DNA from: Deltaproteobacteria bacterium
GTDB lineage: Bacteria; Desulfobacterota_D; UBA1144; Nemesobacterales; CSP1-2
Direction of reading: 5' to 3'
Length of the DNA: 64,000 nucleotides
Assembly: GCA_052390235.1 (NCBI GenBank)
Contig: JBQTHB010000003.1
Coordinates: 32,001-96,000, forward strand
Of this stretch, positions 60,373 to 64,000 are shown one piece after another (the stretch's first letter is position 1; each line of letters opens with the position of its first letter). A model generated the notes under the pieces. It was not told the DNA's origin. It searched no databases and saw nothing but the letters and a program-made list of their open reading frames with translations. The position numbers and the translations under genes are program-made.

Positions 60373-60533
60373 GAGCTAGTCCCTCCAGAATTGACAGGTT
60401 ACCAATAGGAAGAATCAATGTCAATAACGCCCACGCGGGTTCAGAGCGCGCCGAGCAGACAGTTAACGCGGGCTTAACAATACCCGCTTCGAGGGAGCGT
60501 CAATTAAGCGCGTCGTATTGCACTTGGGCGAGG

Positions 60534-61649
60534 CTAAGGGTTCACCGTAGATACATAGACGAACTCGCCTTTTTTCACCTGCCGGATGACCGCGCTCTTT
60601 ACGGCGTTGTGATTTGCGTCCATTGTGATTGTCCCCGTAATGCCCTGAAAATTCTCGGTGTTCTCCACTGCGGCGCGCACCTTGGAGGAGTCAGTAGAGG
60701 CGCTCTTCTCTATGGCGTCGAGGAGGATAAAATAGGCGTCCGCTCCGAGAGCGCCGAGGGCGTCGGGGGCGTCCTTGTATTTGTCCCTGAAGATTTTAAC
60801 GTACCGAGTTCCGAGGGGGCTTAGCTCGGCTTTTTCATCAAAATGAGTGGTGTAGTACATCCCCTCTACGGCTTTCCCGCCGATTTTCGTGAGTTCCGGG
60901 GCTTCCGCGCCGTCGCCTGAGATGAATACGGCTTTAATTCCAAGCTCCCTTGCCTGCTTTGCGATGAGCGCGACCTCGGTGTAGTAGCCGGGGACGGCTA
61001 TGACGTCGGGGTTAAATGGCTTTATCGTGGTGAGCTGAGCGGTGAAATCCTGGTCGCCGGACTGATAATTGAGCCTCGTTGCGACTTTCCCCCCCAGAGA
61101 TTTAAACGTTTTCACAAAGGCATTCGTAAGCCCGACCGAATAATCCTGCCCTATGTCCATTAGGACGGCAGCTTTTTTCGCCTTAAGCTCGTTGTAAGCG
61201 AATTTTGCCATCACTTCGCCCTGAAACGGGTCAATAAAGCAGGCTCGAAACACGTACTTGCGGTTTTGGGTTACAATGGGATTTGTCGAAGCCGGGCTAA
61301 TGTAGGGGATTTTACTCTTTTCAGCGACGGGAGCTATGGCAAGAGAGTTCGAGCTTGCCACATCGCCCATTAGCGCAACGACTTTATCCCTTTGAATCAG
61401 TCGCTGGGCGGCGTTGGCAGACTCAATTTTATCGCTCTTATTGTCAACCAGCACGAGTTCCACTTCCCTGCCCAAGACCTTTGGGCGCATGGCTTTGCCA
61501 ATCTGCATCCCGTTCCAAGTCATCTGCCCGAATGCCGAAGTGCCTCCGGTCATAGATAGAATTACGCCGATTTTAATCTTCTCCGCCGCCGAAGCAATCA
61601 TAGAGCCGAACACAAGCATCAAAATGAAAACGCCCGCTAGAATCCGCAT
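60534..61649 (-). CDS. Branched-chain amino acid ABC transporter substrate-binding protein (LivJ/LivK family)
   Basis: IKIGV..SMTG, STNP.VT, FRACFIDPFQG, DYSVGL, DF.AQLT. No permease genes adjacent. Confidence 0.88.
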   Translation of the reverse strand: MRILAGVFILMLVFGSMIASAAEKIKIGVILSMTGGTSAFGQMTWNGMQIGKAMRPKVLGREVELVLVDNKSDKIESANAAQRLIQRDKVVALMGDVASSNSLAIAPVAEKSKIPYISPASTNPIVTQNRKYVFRACFIDPFQGEVMAKFAYNELKAKKAAVLMDIGQDYSVGLTNAFVKTFKSLGGKVATRLNYQSGDQDFTAQLTTIKPFNPDVIAVPGYYTEVALIAKQARELGIKAVFISGDGAEAPELTKIGGKAVEGMYYTTHFDEKAELSPLGTRYVKIFRDKYKDAPDALGALGADAYFILLDAIEKSASTDSSKVRAAVENTENFQGITGTITMDANHNAVKSAVIRQVKKGEFVYVSTVNP

Positions 61650-61904
61650 GAGATATGTCCCCCTCCTCCATCTGGAATAAAATTTCCGAATCAGCGTCTA
61701 AAGTATTACCTTCGCACTCTGTTATTTCAACCGCTCGCACGAGAGGGGGGCTGCAACCTCTGCGGATTGAACTATCACCCCCCCTCACAGATAGCAGATA
61801 CAGAATCGGCAATCCGGGGCGTCTCCTGCCGCCGCGAGCATAGCGCCTGCGGCAAAATTGAGCTACTCTATTTGGACTAAAATTTACGGGGGCTACAGCG
61901 CGCA

Positions 61905-62684
61905 ATGAAACTCACAAGAAAAGTGGCGGTAATCACGGGAGCGGCTTCGGGTATCGGGCTTGCCATAGCCGAGGCTTTTGCCAGAGAAGGGGCAAGCGTT
62001 GCCATAGCCGATATTGACGAGGAGGGCGGAAGGGCGGCGGCGCTGGCGATAAACGCATCGGGCGGAAGGGCGATATTCTTCAGGGCTGACGTTACGTCCC
62101 CTGGAGAGTGCAAATCTCTCATTGAAGCTGCGGAAGCCGAATTCGGCGGGATTCACATCCTAGTCAACAACGCGGGGGTTCAGTACGTCTCCCCCATTGC
62201 GGATTTCCCCGAAGAGAAGTGGAATCTGCTCATCAATATTATGCTCACCGCGCCATTTCTCTGCACAAAATACGCCCTGCCCATTATGATTCGGCACAAG
62301 TGGGGGCGGATAATCAACATATCATCCATTCACGGCATGGTGGGCGTGAAATTCAAATCCGCTTATGTAGCCGCAAAGCACGGCATCATAGGGCTTACCA
62401 GAGTTACGGCTCTCGAGGGGGCAGAACACGGTATAACGGCAAACGCTATATGCCCCACATTTGTGCGCACGCCGCTTGTTGAGAAGCAGATAGACGCTCA
62501 GGCGAGGGTTCACGGAATCCCGCGCGAGGAGGTCATAGAGAGAGTAATCCTCGCCGAAGCCCCGATGAAGAGGATGCTTGAGCCGGAAGAGGTCGCAGAC
62601 CTGGCGCTATTTCTCGCCGGAGAGTCGGCAAAGAACATCACCGGCGCGGTAATTCCAATAGACGAGGGGTGGACGGCTCAGTGA
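61905..62684 (+). CDS. 3-hydroxybutyrate dehydrogenase (SDR)
   Basis: TGAASGIG, NNAGVQYVSPI.DFP.EKW, SIHG, KSAYVAAKHG, VRTPLVEKQI. Confidence 0.88.
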   Translation: MKLTRKVAVITGAASGIGLAIAEAFAREGASVAIADIDEEGGRAAALAINASGGRAIFFRADVTSPGECKSLIEAAEAEFGGIHILVNNAGVQYVSPIADFPEEKWNLLINIMLTAPFLCTKYALPIMIRHKWGRIINISSIHGMVGVKFKSAYVAAKHGIIGLTRVTALEGAEHGITANAICPTFVRTPLVEKQIDAQARVHGIPREEVIERVILAEAPMKRMLEPEEVADLALFLAGESAKNITGAVIPIDEGWTAQ

Positions 62685-62835
62685 TGCGCTAAGGGGGCAT
62701 CAAAAAGCGCGGGGCGGGGGTTGCGGGATGAGTAGCGCCACTATTCCGTCAGATGTCTGGCTCGGCACAGCCTGCCCTGCGAGTAGCTCGGCTGGCTCAT
62801 GCCCAAGTTGTACAAATTTAATCCCTAAATTATCA

Positions 62836-63759
62836 TCAATCCTGCATCGCCTCGACTTCATATAGGGTGTATTCGCCGCTTTTACCTCGGATGCCGACGC
62901 CGGCGCATCTGCTTCGGGCTTTGACCTTCCCCTGTACCTCAGCGTAGGCGTCTTCGGAGATGAGAAGAGCTAACCCCGCCTCCTTGGTTGCCGCCTCGAT
63001 TCTGCTGGCTAGGTTTACGGCGTCCCCAATAGCCGTCATTTTTTTTGCTCCCCCCGCGCCCACAGTGCCGACGACCGCCTCTCCGTAATGCACGCCGATT
63101 CCAATGTGAAACCTCTTGTCGTAGAGCGTTTGGAGGTATGAATTGAAATTCTCCATAGCCCGGAGCATTTCCAAAGCCGCCCTCACCGAGCGCATCGCCG
63201 CATCGGGCGCGTCGTCAACCCCGAAGAGCGCCATGAGACCGTCGCCCATGTAGTTGTCAATGTACCCTCCGTTTCGGGTTACAACGGCTCCCATTTCGTA
63301 AAAATAGCGATTTAGAACATGGATAACGTCGTATGGGTATAGAGCCTCGGCGAATGACGTAAACCCGCGTATGTCGGCAAAGAGGATGGCAATGCGCTTT
63401 TCCTCTCCGGCGGAGCTTGGGGTTGACTCAGAGGCGAGACGGCTTGCGAGGGCTATATCCTCCTCGTCAATTACAAGGCGGCGCAGTTTAATATCCCCTT
63501 CGGTTTTGGTCTGGCAGGCAAGACGGATTTCGGGGCTGAATCCGAGGCGATTGGCAATTGCCGATTCCCTCTCATTAGGGGGCAGACATCTTTCAATCCC
63601 CTCGAGAATCAGCACGCGGCACGTGGAGCATCTAGCCCTGCCTCCGCAGGCTTGCGTGTGGGGGATTCCGGCAATATTGGACGCATCGAGGATGGTTGCG
63701 CCCACGTTCGAGGCGATTTTTTTATCGTCTGGCAGGTAGTGGAGAAAAATTATAGACAT
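62836..63759 (-). CDS. Class III nucleotide cyclase with N-terminal 2Fe-2S ferredoxin domain
   Basis: ACGGRARCSTC...RLACQ, then LFADIRGFT, YMGDG, GIGVHYG, TAIGDAVNLASRIE. Confidence 0.9.
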   Translation of the reverse strand: MSIIFLHYLPDDKKIASNVGATILDASNIAGIPHTQACGGRARCSTCRVLILEGIERCLPPNERESAIANRLGFSPEIRLACQTKTEGDIKLRRLVIDEEDIALASRLASESTPSSAGEEKRIAILFADIRGFTSFAEALYPYDVIHVLNRYFYEMGAVVTRNGGYIDNYMGDGLMALFGVDDAPDAAMRSVRAALEMLRAMENFNSYLQTLYDKRFHIGIGVHYGEAVVGTVGAGGAKKMTAIGDAVNLASRIEAATKEAGLALLISEDAYAEVQGKVKARSRCAGVGIRGKSGEYTLYEVEAMQD

Positions 63760-64000
63760 CAGAATAAAATAACACGGAGCGGGGGGAATGTCCCGATGTT
63801 GACTGCGATGCGGCTACTGCGATTCTCTTCTCATAAGCGAATGCAGTTATCCGGTATCCACATCCCCTCATACCTCGGCGAGACCGTTTGGCTCTCCTGC
63901 CTGCGCATCCCGATATTTGTATCCCCCGCATCGCGCATCTTGCGCCCTGAGACGCTCCGCGCCTTGAGACTCTCCTCTCGTTATGGTAATTTCCCCCGAT

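Overview
This is a 64-kb stretch of a moderately GC-rich Gram-negative bacterial chromosome. The gene set and order (mfd-ppiC-surA, TrmD-SPOUT fusion, DUF4175) look Desulfobacterota/'Dadabacteria'-like, which is an inference only. Most of it is housekeeping: gcvTHP, surA/ppiC/mfd, cca, ETF-QO, an isolated nuoG-nuoH pair, xseA, a cusCBA-type heavy-metal RND operon, dacB, rsmA, a beta-carbonic anhydrase, ffh-rpsP-khpA-rimM-trmD-rplS, rng, a DevBCA-like ABC exporter, mce, tatA, a LivJ-type binding protein, a 3-hydroxybutyrate dehydrogenase and a ferredoxin-fused class III cyclase. I recognised no rRNA, tRNA, CRISPR array, integrase or transposase. The most notable observations are: (1) a bacterial membrane protein resembling the largely eukaryotic TMEM8/myomaker (DUF3522, CREST) family, whose true N-terminus lies upstream of the called start; (2) a complete candidate tetrahydrobiopterin operon (two PTPS-II paralogues, folE and a Chlorobium-type sepiapterin reductase); (3) a 771-bp VapBC-type cassette bracketed by a 78-bp duplication of the cusA 3' end; (4) a Cys/His-rich SPP-motif leader ORF with an alternative-pairing RNA architecture in front of the cus operon; (5) a CCA-adding enzyme that apparently needs a non-canonical start codon; (6) dispersed REP/MITE-like intergenic repeats. 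All family assignments come from motif recognition by eye; no database searches were run.
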